DNA from: Myxococcota bacterium
GTDB taxonomy: Bacteria > Myxococcota_A > Polyangia > Nannocystales > Nannocystaceae
NCBI GenBank assembly: GCA_039194325.1
Contig: JBCCWC010000004.1
Coordinates: 32,001 to 96,000 of the forward strand
Direction of reading: 5' to 3'
Length of the DNA stretch: 64,000 nt
How positions within the stretch are numbered: position 1 is the stretch's first letter; each line of letters starts with the position of its first letter. The notes beneath the pieces are model-generated. The model did not search any database. It saw nothing but the letters and a program-made list of their open reading frames with translations, and was not told the origin of the DNA. Positions 50,716-60,400 of the stretch are shown here, piece after piece. A program made the position numbers and the translations under genes.

Positions 50716-51638
50716 AAACGAGCCGTCTCGCGCGTGTCGTGCATACAGAGGAGGCGAAGCTCTCCGAGCTCGACGCGGGCGCGGTCGTCGCACGCACGGG
50801 CGAGAACGGACCGATCTACTATCGACTCCCGTCGTTCTTCGTCATCGGGGTGATGAAGTGTGGCACGCGCGAGATGTTTTTGTGGCTCTCGCAGCATCCA
50901 AACCTAAAGGGTGCATCACGGACATACTTCTTCAAGGAAGTCGACCAGCTCGCCAAAGAGTGGCCCCGATATGCGTTTCGCGAGGAGTTTTGCGTAGGCG
51001 CAGAGCCCGACGAGGCGACGATTACATTCGAGCGCGCGCCCAATTACTTCGTGACCACAGATCAGGAGCATGCAGTCTCCGGTCTCGTACACCGCATGCT
51101 CCCATCCGCCAAGCTGATCGTCTTGCTACGAGATCCGGGCGAGCGGGCATACTCCCACTTCCAGATGAAGCGGAGGCATGCCGAGAAGGGCAAGATCGAC
51201 GCGCCGGAGTACCTAAATTGTGCGTTTGACGATGTCGTCCACGATTACCTCATGCGCGGTCGAGACAGCGACTTCAGGCGGCTGTTCAAGCTCGGATACT
51301 ATGCCGAGCATCTCGAGGGCTGGCTGGCACACTTTCCGCGCAGTCAGCTCTGCGTGCTGCTCCTCGAGGAATTCAAGCACGACCCCTTCGCTACGATGGA
51401 CCGAGTCCAGGAGTTCTTGTCCGTCCCTCGCATCGACTACCGCCAGAGAGCACAACAAGGCGAGCGAGGCTGGTGGACCATTCCCGGTCTCGTGTCCGCA
51501 CGGCATAGCCCCTCGTATGCGCCCATGTCTCCGACCGCACGCCGGCTGCTCACCGAGCACTATGCCCCGTGGACAATGAGGTTGCGACGGATGTTCCCCG
51601 GCCTCGCACTTCGTTGGGACGATACGATTCCGCACTGA
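50697..51638 (+). CDS. PAPS-dependent sulfotransferase 1 (NDST/HS3ST-like)
   Basis: 5'PSB IGVMKCGTRE, FERAPNYF, 3'PB LRDPGERAYSHF, GYYAEHLEGWL and RGWW. The real start is ATG 50697, inside ORF 49863-51638. Confidence 0.85.
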   Translation: MVPEPVETSRLARVVHTEEAKLSELDAGAVVARTGENGPIYYRLPSFFVIGVMKCGTREMFLWLSQHPNLKGASRTYFFKEVDQLAKEWPRYAFREEFCVGAEPDEATITFERAPNYFVTTDQEHAVSGLVHRMLPSAKLIVLLRDPGERAYSHFQMKRRHAEKGKIDAPEYLNCAFDDVVHDYLMRGRDSDFRRLFKLGYYAEHLEGWLAHFPRSQLCVLLLEEFKHDPFATMDRVQEFLSVPRIDYRQRAQQGERGWWTIPGLVSARHSPSYAPMSPTARRLLTEHYAPWTMRLRRMFPGLALRWDDTIPH

Positions 51639-51645
51639 CCAGACC

Positions 51646-52551
51646 ATGAGCACCCCACGAAAGATCGTCTATTTTCCCGATGTGTGCCTCGAGGATCTCG
51701 ACGCGGGTGTCCTCGTCGCGTACCCTCGCAGCGAGGCCCATGGCCACCGGTATTACGCGGTGCCGAGCTTCCTGATCATCGGCGCCGCAAAGTCCGGTAC
51801 CCGAGAGCTGCTCAAGTGGCTCAACGAGCACCCGGATCTGAATCCGTCCCACAAAGAGGTAAACTTCTTCGACGAAGTCATCGATATCGAGAAGGAGTGG
51901 ATCCGGTACGTGCTCACGCCACATAACCAGGTTTCGAAGAAGGCGACGCACGCAGAGGTCTGCACGAGCCAGACGTTCGAGAAGTCTCCAGAATACATGT
52001 GGCGCAGAAATAACGGCGTCCCCGTCCCCGCCCTCGTCAGGCAGATGATGCCGAACGGTAAGTTCATCGTCATTCTCCGTAACCCGACGGATCGAGCATA
52101 CTCGGCGTATCAGATGCGGCGAAGAGGAACGAAGCTCAACCCAGCAAAGGGCGACCTCGGAAGCTTCGAAGACTTCATCTTTCGAGATGGTATGTTTACC
52201 GAGAGTCGTACATGCGTTCAGGCCGGACACTATGCGGAGCACCTCAAGGTATGGCTCGAATACTTCAGTCGCGATCAGCTGCTCGTCTTGTTCTCGGATG
52301 AATTTCGTGACACCCCCTTCCAGATGATGGAGAAGACATTGCGCTTCTTGGGTGTACCGAAGCTCGACTATCGGCCTCTCGCCACACGGGCCGAGCGAGG
52401 CTTTTGGGTCCTCAGGGGGCACGGCTCGAAGGCATTCGAGCCCGCGTATGCGCCGATGTCGCCGAACATGAGGGCACGGCTAGACGAGCATTATGCACCG
52501 TGGAATCAGCGGCTCAAAGAGATGTTCCCTACGCTCAACTTCCCGTGGTGA
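51646..52551 (+). CDS. PAPS-dependent sulfotransferase 2 (NDST/HS3ST-like)
   Basis: IIGAAKSGTRELL...HPDL...EVNFFD, FEKSPEY, LRNPTDRAYSAYQ, CVQAGHYAEHL..W and RGFW. Confidence 0.9.
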   Translation: MSTPRKIVYFPDVCLEDLDAGVLVAYPRSEAHGHRYYAVPSFLIIGAAKSGTRELLKWLNEHPDLNPSHKEVNFFDEVIDIEKEWIRYVLTPHNQVSKKATHAEVCTSQTFEKSPEYMWRRNNGVPVPALVRQMMPNGKFIVILRNPTDRAYSAYQMRRRGTKLNPAKGDLGSFEDFIFRDGMFTESRTCVQAGHYAEHLKVWLEYFSRDQLLVLFSDEFRDTPFQMMEKTLRFLGVPKLDYRPLATRAERGFWVLRGHGSKAFEPAYAPMSPNMRARLDEHYAPWNQRLKEMFPTLNFPW

Positions 52552-52554
52552 CCG

Positions 52555-53607
52555 ATGAAGACGCGAACACTCGTTTCGTATGAGTCAGCCCGCCTCGAAG
52601 ATCTCGACGCAAACACCGGGGTCGTGCTTCCGGCCGGTTGGGACGGCGAAGAGCGGATCTACGCGGTGCCCGGGTTCCTCATCATCGGCGCGCAGCGCAG
52701 CGGTACGAGCGCTTTGTCGAGGTGGCTGTCGGTCCACCCCAACCTCCAGACGATCCCGCTCGAGTACAACTTCTTCAGCGAGGTCGTCGACCTCGAGCGA
52801 GACTGGCCCCGGTACGTCATCAACCCGCACTTCTACCTGCGCTCACCGGCGCAGGTCTACGCCACCTTCGAGAAGACCCCAGACTACCTCGACAAGCGTA
52901 ATCACCACGGGGTGTCAGCGGCGGCTCAGATCCAGCGCCTGATGCCGTCAGGACGATTCATCGTGCTGCTGCGGCGACCAACCGAGCGCGCCTACTCTCT
53001 TTACAAGATGCGCGTGCGACAGCACGCGACGCCGCATCAGTACTCTCGCATCACCGATCCCCAGCTGCGGCGGATCGAACAGTGGCTCTCGACGGGTGGG
53101 CGCGTCACCTCGCGGCCCGAAGGGCTGCCGAGCTTCCATGAGATGGTCACGGCCATGCTCGCCGAGCTCGACGCACCGCTCGAGCGTTCCCGGTTCACCC
53201 TCGAGCAGCGACGGATGCTCACCCTTGGCCACTACGCTACGCACCTCGAGGAGTGGCTTCGGCACTTCCCCCGTGAGCAGCTCCTCGTCCTCTTCTACGA
53301 GGACTTCCGCGATCGGCCCTTCGACACGATGGACACAGTCCTCGCGTTCCTCGAGGTACCTCATATCGACTATCGAACAATCTGCGAGAAGACGGGGTCG
53401 CGCTGGGAGCTCATGGGCATCGGAGAGCCACCGTCCAAGCCACGCTTCGAGGTGAGCACTCCCCCGTGGGTCCGCGACTTGCAGAGGCCCATCGGTCCAA
53501 AGGCGGCCGCCTTGCTCGACGCGTACTTCCGACCCTGGAACGAGCGCCTCGCCGCGCTGTTGCCCGGGTGCGAGATACCCTGGAGCGACGCGAGCACGGG
53601 CGAGTGA
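52555..53607 (+). CDS. PAPS-dependent sulfotransferase 3 (NDST/HS3ST-like)
   Basis: IIGAQRSGTSAL..WL..HP, EYNFF, FEKTPDY, LRRPTERAYSLY and GHYATHLEEWL. Confidence 0.88.
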   Translation: MKTRTLVSYESARLEDLDANTGVVLPAGWDGEERIYAVPGFLIIGAQRSGTSALSRWLSVHPNLQTIPLEYNFFSEVVDLERDWPRYVINPHFYLRSPAQVYATFEKTPDYLDKRNHHGVSAAAQIQRLMPSGRFIVLLRRPTERAYSLYKMRVRQHATPHQYSRITDPQLRRIEQWLSTGGRVTSRPEGLPSFHEMVTAMLAELDAPLERSRFTLEQRRMLTLGHYATHLEEWLRHFPREQLLVLFYEDFRDRPFDTMDTVLAFLEVPHIDYRTICEKTGSRWELMGIGEPPSKPRFEVSTPPWVRDLQRPIGPKAAALLDAYFRPWNERLAALLPGCEIPWSDASTGE

Positions 53608-53629
53608 TGCGTCGCCCCGTCCCCTGCCC

Positions 53630-55261
53630 TCACGGTCCAGGAAGAAGCGACACCGCGCTGCTCTCGACGCTCGGCGGGTCGCTTCGCGTCACCGCGAGGA
53701 CTTCCGGGATCTGGTGCACCGAGCACACCGAGCGAAGTGCAGTGTAGAGCGCCGCGTCGTCGGAGACCGCGAGACCCTCGCGCTGCTCGCCCGCCCGCAG
53801 CCAGTCTCGCCGGCGAAACATGGACAAGCGACGGGGCCCCGCCGAGCCCCCAGGACACTCGTTGATGTCGGCGAGGGCACAGGATCCATGGACCAAGCCG
53901 ACGTTGTGAGTGTCGAGGTAGCGGGCGAGGGTGTCCAGAGCGTGGGGCAAAAGCTCGTCTCGGGGACCGACGAGGACGACGTAGGCGCCGCGACACGCGG
54001 AGATCGTCGCGGCGCCCTCCGGGCGGTCGTCGGTGCGGATCCAGCGAACGCGAGGGTCGTCGCGATAGGCCAGCTCCACCGCGCCGAGCACCTCGGAGCT
54101 CGACTCGTCGTGGAAGACCAAGAGCTCCAGATCGCGGAGTTGCTGCCGCTCCACGATACCCTCGATCATCGACCGCAGGTACCGAGCGTCGTGGTCCGCA
54201 CGTAGGACGACCGATACCTTGGGCACACAGTAGCGTCGGGTCGACGTCGGATCACGGTACTTGAGGGGGCATCGATCTTCGAGCAAGGGCTGGGTATGGC
54301 GCTCTCCGGCGACCCGATCGGTCTCGTTGACCCCCCCGGGCGGCTCCTGATGCAGGGCGACCGCCTCGGGGACCGGGATGAAGTACGCCCCCGTGGCGTA
54401 CACTCGGTAGGCCCACTCCATGTCCTCTCCCCCCCAGTGGCGAAATTCCTCGCAGTACGGGCCGGCGGCTTCGTACAGACGCCTGGCGTAGGCAAGGTTG
54501 CAACCGCTGGAGACCCCGAAGGGAAAGACGTGGGTGCGCAGCATGTTCGAGGATGCATAGACCCGAAGCCGCCAGTCCTTGGTGGGATCTCGCTTGAGCT
54601 CGAAGTGTCGGTTCTTGGTGATGATGTCGGGCAGATCGATCGCGACCGAGATGTCGCGCCGGATGTCGTCGTCTGTGATCCCATCTGCACACACGAACCG
54701 CCGATGGCCGATCAGCAGGGCGCGATCGGTGACGTGCAGGTACTGCATGAACGCGGAGACCAGCTCGGGAGTCGGGATCATGTCGCAGTCGAGCAGGATG
54801 AGGTGATCGTGGCGAGCGGCCCGGATCCCCCGATTCCGGACCGCCGAGAGGCGATAGCCGCGATCCTCCTGGTAGACGTGCTGGATCTCGAAGTACCGGG
54901 AGTACTTGTCGATGACGGATCGGACGTCATCTTGGCTCCCGTCATCGGCGACCACGACCTCGATCAGCTCGGCGGGGTAGCTCTGGTGAGTGAGCCCCGC
55001 CAACGTCTTGGCCAGCATCTGCATGCGATTGTAGACCGGCAGCAGCACGGACACGGGAAGATTCGGAGGGGTGCCATCCCGCGCGAAGCGATCCCGGGCC
55101 TGTTGGAGCAGCGTGTAGTCGTTGCCATCTCCGGGCGGGGGAGAGCCAATGGGCTCGACGGGCTCGACGGGCTCGGCATGAGCCCCGGCCAGCCGATGTC
55201 CGGTATTCCACGATGGTTTGGGGTCCCGGGTCATGATCGATCTCTGATATGCGAACGTCAT
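53630..55261 (-). CDS. chondroitin/hyaluronan synthase homolog A: intact HexNAc-transferase module, degenerate GlcA-transferase module
   Basis: PVYNR, ADDGS, GYRLSAVRN, LDCDM, DWR, WGGEDMEWAYR and HQEPPGGVNETDRVAG match the KfoC/PmHAS first domain. The C-terminal module lacks DDGS and DxDD. Confidence 0.85.
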   Translation of the reverse strand: MTFAYQRSIMTRDPKPSWNTGHRLAGAHAEPVEPVEPIGSPPPGDGNDYTLLQQARDRFARDGTPPNLPVSVLLPVYNRMQMLAKTLAGLTHQSYPAELIEVVVADDGSQDDVRSVIDKYSRYFEIQHVYQEDRGYRLSAVRNRGIRAARHDHLILLDCDMIPTPELVSAFMQYLHVTDRALLIGHRRFVCADGITDDDIRRDISVAIDLPDIITKNRHFELKRDPTKDWRLRVYASSNMLRTHVFPFGVSSGCNLAYARRLYEAAGPYCEEFRHWGGEDMEWAYRVYATGAYFIPVPEAVALHQEPPGGVNETDRVAGERHTQPLLEDRCPLKYRDPTSTRRYCVPKVSVVLRADHDARYLRSMIEGIVERQQLRDLELLVFHDESSSEVLGAVELAYRDDPRVRWIRTDDRPEGAATISACRGAYVVLVGPRDELLPHALDTLARYLDTHNVGLVHGSCALADINECPGGSAGPRRLSMFRRRDWLRAGEQREGLAVSDDAALYTALRSVCSVHQIPEVLAVTRSDPPSVESSAVSLLPGP

Positions 55262-55272
55262 CGAGGCTCAGG

Positions 55273-57405
55273 TCAAGAGGCAGGCTCGCGCTGCCGATAG
55301 ACTCCGTCGACCCCGCCGCTCGATAGCGGTGGGTTCACCTCCCAGGCGTCGTCCAGGCCCATGCGCTGCAGCGCCCGCCGCATGCCTCGTAGATGATTGC
55401 GCCGCTGCAACGCGCGGTTGGCAATGGACGTGTTGTCGCCATGCCACCGGTACAGATACATGACGTTGGCGAGGTGCTCGAGCGTGCAGACCTCGGCGAG
55501 CTTGAGCGCCATGTCGAAGTCGGTCGCGTTCTCGAGCTCCACGTCGTGGCCGCTGGTGCGCAGCCAGTCCCGCCGTCGAAACATTCGGAAGTGATGGGCG
55601 ATGTTGGACACCAACAGCTTCTCACGCGAGAACACGGGCCACTCGTACCCGGGCCGGAGGAATCGACCCTGCGTGTCGACCTTGACGTTGGAGCCATAGA
55701 CATAGCCCACAGCGTGCTCATCGAGGTGGGTCGACAAGGTCCGGACCGCGTGGGGAAGGAGCATATCGTCTGCGTCGAGGAGCCCCAAGTAGGCTCCTTT
55801 GCACATGCGGATGGCGGCATTCGAGGCGGCAGCGATGCCCTGGTGGGGCTGGCTCTTCCAGCGAACCTGCGGGTGTTCAGCATACGTAGACTCGAGGATC
55901 TGCCGGGTATCGTCCGTCGATCCGTCGTCGACCACGCAGACCTCGAGATCGACGAAATCCTGGGCCAGCGCGCTCTCGATGGCCTCTTGGATATAGGGGC
56001 CGGCGTTGTAGGCCGGCATGTAGATCGACACCTTGGGCACACGATACCGTCGCCGACCATCGTCGCGAAACCCCAGCGGACACCACTCGGCCAAGAACGA
56101 CGTGTCTTGCAGAGCGGCTGCGCTTTGATCGTCGATGAGCGAATCGTTCGAGCCCACACTAGAGGGCAGCGGGATCAGATAGCCGCCTGCGTTGTAGGCG
56201 CGATAGGCCCACTCGACGAAGGCGCTGCGGAGCTTGGGCGCGTGGTCGTGGAGAGGGCCGAGCTCATCGACGAGACGACGACCGAACGCGACGCAGGATC
56301 CATCGACCGCGGCGAACGGATGCCGAGCCGAGGCGAGCGCGTCGGTTCGTTCGATGAGCTCGATGGCCTGTGGGTGGCGACTCCCGAAGACGAGCGCGTG
56401 CCTCGAAGTCTCGAGCAAGCCGACCACCGTCGCGATAAAGCGCGGCGAGATCTCGTAGTCCTCACGCATGAGCACGATCTGCGCCCCGCTCGCGCGCTGG
56501 AGCCCTGCGTTGAGCGCCGGGATGGGCGCGGCCGCGGTCACCGCGTGCATGGCCAGACCCTCGGGAGCACGCGGCGGGCCCTCGATACCTCGAGGGCAGG
56601 CGACCACCAGTTCCAGGCGATCGCGTGGGTAGTCCTGGCATCGAAGCTGGTCGATGAGACGCGCGCGGCGATCGATCTGGCCCCGGCACAGCATGACGAT
56701 GGAGACGCGACCACGGCGGTCCGAGGTCGCTTGGCGAGCGGCGGCTTCGATGAAGCGGTAGTCGTTGCCCTCGCCGACGAGCGGCGGGATCGGGAAGTCG
56801 TGAGGAAGCCCGAGCACGGGGAGCCCGTGGACGACCTTCCAGGTTGGATAGGAGGGAATAAGAGGATTGCTCAACGGATCGCTCGGCGATTCGCTCGGCG
56901 ATTCGTTCAGCGATTCGCTCGGCAGTTCGACCGGCGGCTCGAGGGCCACGACAGGCCCGTGACACTCGAACCCGATCTGCTCGAGCGGCTCGAACCCACC
57001 GCGGTCGCGGCCATCGAACCAGATCGGCTGTCGCATGACGCCGCGAAGGTGGCGGAGATCGAGGTCGTGCACGCTCGGCCGACCCAAGGGCACGAGCACC
57101 CCGTCGACCGCATGAACGGCATCGATCCCGCTGCGGGCCGTGATCACCCGGGAATCGGTAGTCTCCCCCAGCGTGGCTTGGAGCGAGCAGTGGAGAGGAC
57201 CGGGAGGAACATACACACGTACGCTCGCTGCGGATCCGAGCAGCAGCTCGATCAACGCGAGCACCCTCGGGCCCACGCCCGGCTCGTCGACCAGGGGCAC
57301 CAAGAGCCCAAAGCGCAGGCCGCCCAGGTCTCGGCGGAACCGCTTGACCACCGCCTCGAACAATGGTGTTGCATCCAAGATCGCAGAAGTATCGTTGGTC
57401 GACAT
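55273..57405 (-). CDS. chondroitin/hyaluronan synthase homolog B: UDPG-dehydrogenase C-terminal-like domain, degenerate HexNAc-T, intact GlcA-T
   Basis: C-terminal VSIYMPAYN, LEVCVVDDGSTD, GIAAASNAA, LDADD, GYEWPVFSREKL, HHFRMF, NATDFDM and HGDNTS match the KfoC second domain. ATG 57405 overlaps the upstream TGA. Confidence 0.85.
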   Translation of the reverse strand: MSTNDTSAILDATPLFEAVVKRFRRDLGGLRFGLLVPLVDEPGVGPRVLALIELLLGSAASVRVYVPPGPLHCSLQATLGETTDSRVITARSGIDAVHAVDGVLVPLGRPSVHDLDLRHLRGVMRQPIWFDGRDRGGFEPLEQIGFECHGPVVALEPPVELPSESLNESPSESPSDPLSNPLIPSYPTWKVVHGLPVLGLPHDFPIPPLVGEGNDYRFIEAAARQATSDRRGRVSIVMLCRGQIDRRARLIDQLRCQDYPRDRLELVVACPRGIEGPPRAPEGLAMHAVTAAAPIPALNAGLQRASGAQIVLMREDYEISPRFIATVVGLLETSRHALVFGSRHPQAIELIERTDALASARHPFAAVDGSCVAFGRRLVDELGPLHDHAPKLRSAFVEWAYRAYNAGGYLIPLPSSVGSNDSLIDDQSAAALQDTSFLAEWCPLGFRDDGRRRYRVPKVSIYMPAYNAGPYIQEAIESALAQDFVDLEVCVVDDGSTDDTRQILESTYAEHPQVRWKSQPHQGIAAASNAAIRMCKGAYLGLLDADDMLLPHAVRTLSTHLDEHAVGYVYGSNVKVDTQGRFLRPGYEWPVFSREKLLVSNIAHHFRMFRRRDWLRTSGHDVELENATDFDMALKLAEVCTLEHLANVMYLYRWHGDNTSIANRALQRRNHLRGMRRALQRMGLDDAWEVNPPLSSGGVDGVYRQREPAS

Positions 57406-60400
57406 CACGCGTCCTCGTGCGGTGAACATCGTAGATCGATCCGAGCCGGCCCAGCGGGTGAGCGGAGTTGCAGTCTTTCGATCCACCCACGCGCACCCCG
57501 GCCGACCGACGGACGAAGCGAGCGAACCTGAAACAGCATCAGCTGCTCGTTGCAAAAGCCAAACTCGACGTCGAGGGCTCCCTCACCCACGAGCGATGGC
57601 GGCAGCTCCCGCTGGAGCTGTGCGGCCAGCTCGCGAAGGACGGTGCGTTCTTTGGCCGTCAGCACCGGGCCCATGGCCGCCGGGCTCCAACGGGTCCCGC
57701 CGTCCGCCGCGATCTCGCGACCAAAGGCGGCTTGGGCCTCCGAGACGAGCAGATCCGAGCCGTCGGCACGCAGCCGCAGCGTCTCGGCCGCTTCCCCCAA
57801 GACCCCGCCGCCCACGCCCCAAGAGGTCGCGACCGTGAGCCCGGGATCGCCGGTGAACATGTCCGTAGTCACCAGCACGCCCGACTTATCGCTCGGCACG
57901 GTCCGCATGATGAGGACAGCCGACACCAGGGCCGAGGCGCGCGGCGGCGCGTGCGATCGCCACGCGGCCGCGCGACGACGAAACGGCGAAGCCCACACCT
58001 CCACGATCGCCGCGGCGATCGCCTCGAGTCCCACGGCGTGGGGCACTGTGGTGTTGAGCCCGGCCCCGGTGCACCCCGGTCGGTCTTCGTATCCCGTGTC
58101 GGAGCGGACGAACACGCCGTAGCTCCCGGGCTCGCCGAACGCTCGCCGCAGCGACGCCGCGATCGCGTCCTGCATGCTCGGCGCAAGGCCGAGCCGGCCG
58201 AGCTGCCGGCCGAGCTGCTCGAGCTCGTCATAGAAGTGGTGCGACGCCAGGCGACCCGATCGGTGCTCACGGACAAGCTGCTCGAGTCGGGTCATGAACA
58301 TGTCGTCGGAGGCGGCGACCTGCGCCACGAACATGCCAAAGGGCAGCGCGATGGCCTCGGGGACCGAACGCGGGCAAATGCGGGCGAGGGCGGCGAGGTT
58401 GACGGTCTTGCGACCGACCACCCGCAGGCCAGACTCCGGGTCTACCTGGGCCAGGGATAGGGGCTCGGTAAAGGTCAGGTCGGGCACCGGTGCCAGGCCC
58501 GGCCCCGACTCGACGCGGCGGATGGACCCGGCCACCTCGATACCCTCGCGCACCCCATGGGGGAGGGTCTGGGGATCTGCGAGCACGACCTGACCCTCAT
58601 CGGAGACCGCGAGCCAGACCGCCTTTCCTTCGAGCGGCTCAAGATGGCGAAGCTGGGTCCGGGGCACGCACGCGCTGGGGATCCCGCGCTCGCGAGCCAA
58701 CAGGTGCAGGTGCGACAAGACGTTGCCCTCGTCGCAGCTCAACAAACCCGCCACTGGGTGCAGGTCGGCGACCGTGCGCGGCAGCACGACGATCTCGTCC
58801 GCCGAGACCCGAGCGGGATGGAGATCGTGCTCGCCGAGGAGCCGCAGCCGACCGGTGGCGACCCCCGGGCTGAGCCCGACGAGCCCGGAGACCTCGTGGC
58901 CGGCCACGACGTGCGGCTGGCCTCGATGACGCCGCGCGTCGCAGACCAGACGCTGCGCGACGTGGGCCAGCGGCAGCAGGATCGAGGAACGCAGCAGCTC
59001 GTCCACGAAGCGCCCCGCCTTCGGCTCCAGTGCCGTGTAGCGCACGAGCGGCTCCGCAAACGCATGTCGGACGGCCCCGGCGGCCCAAAGCCCGGCACGC
59101 TCGAGCCCTCGGGCCGCCGACAGATAGTCCTCGGTCCGCGCCGAGGCGTCACTCCGCAGCGCGTGCACCGGCCCGAGGATGGCTTGCATCTCACCGGCGC
59201 TCAGCCAGCCCGCCCCGTAGCCGGCCGTGACCATGGGCTCACACTGCGCCAGGAGCAAGCCTCGGCTGAGCGCGTGGTCGGATGACGCCTCCTGAGCGGC
59301 GATCCGAGCGATCTCCTCGGCCTGAAGCGAGAGGCTCAGCAGCAACACGTTGCGTGGCCCGTGCTCGGAGGTGCAGACCAAAGTGCGGCAGCACCGGAGC
59401 ACACTCGCCATGCGCTCCAGCAGCGCGATCGGATCGAGCGCCGGCAGCTCGAGCAGCAGCGGGTCGAGCTCGGGGATCCCGCCGTGCTGGGCCAGCGCCT
59501 CGCGGCACTGCTCAAGGCGTTCGAATCGTCCCGACGGCGACAACAGCCGGTCCAGCTCGTCGAGCAGCGCACGAGCCAGGGGCAAGTGCTCGCGTGAGAG
59601 CCCGGTCGGGCCGGCCGCGATCCATGCCCGAGTGTCGTCGACCTCGCGGCGGCCCGGGCTGCTGTGGATCCGAACGCGGAGGTCGAAGAACGACGGATCG
59701 TGCTCGGCCAGCTCGCTCGATAAACGTCGGATCGTTCGGGTCCGATCCCCACCCCCCGCGTGGTGAGGGACCACCCGCACGCACTCGCGTGCGAGCAGGT
59801 AGTTGGAGCTCGTGGCAAGCCAGCGCGGACGCGACAGCAGGCGTGAGAGCAGCGACTGACCGTAGCGTTCCTCGATCTCGATCTGTACCCGGCCCCTCAG
59901 CGTCTGGGCGCGGCGGAGCACCCAGCCGTCGTCCGTGTCGATGAGGAAGCGCTCGAGCGGCAGCTCGCGCAGACGTGCATGGTGATGCTCTTCGTCCCAA
60001 AACTCGGGCCACTCGAGCGCGGCGAAGATCGTGCCCACATGCCACCCCAGCGCGGCGAGACGCGCTCGCTCGTCCGAGTAATCGCAGTGTTGCACGCTCC
60101 CGGGGACACGGCCCGGAGCCGGCCGCGGAGGTCGATCGGGGCTGTCGATAAACCACCACGGCCGCTTCGAATATGGTCCACGGCGGCGTGCCTTCATCGA
60201 CGCAACGAGACGCTGGCCCTCCTCTACTACCTTGGCTGGAGGAGGCTCGGGTGAGCGAGGCCCCGGTGGGCGAGGCCGAGCCCCGGACACATCGCCGCGA
60301 CCCGATCCGGATCGATCAGCGCTCGCGGCGACAGCAGAACCAATGACGTTCTCGGACTCGCCCACCGGGTGAGGAGACGTCGATGGCCGCTTCGCTGACA

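Noticed and set aside
55393..57531. Long alternative ORFs (also 3549-5099, 8556-9914, 27305-28663, 32092-33807)
   Set aside because: Antisense or off-frame shadows of well-supported genes, expected in high-GC DNA; no motifs.
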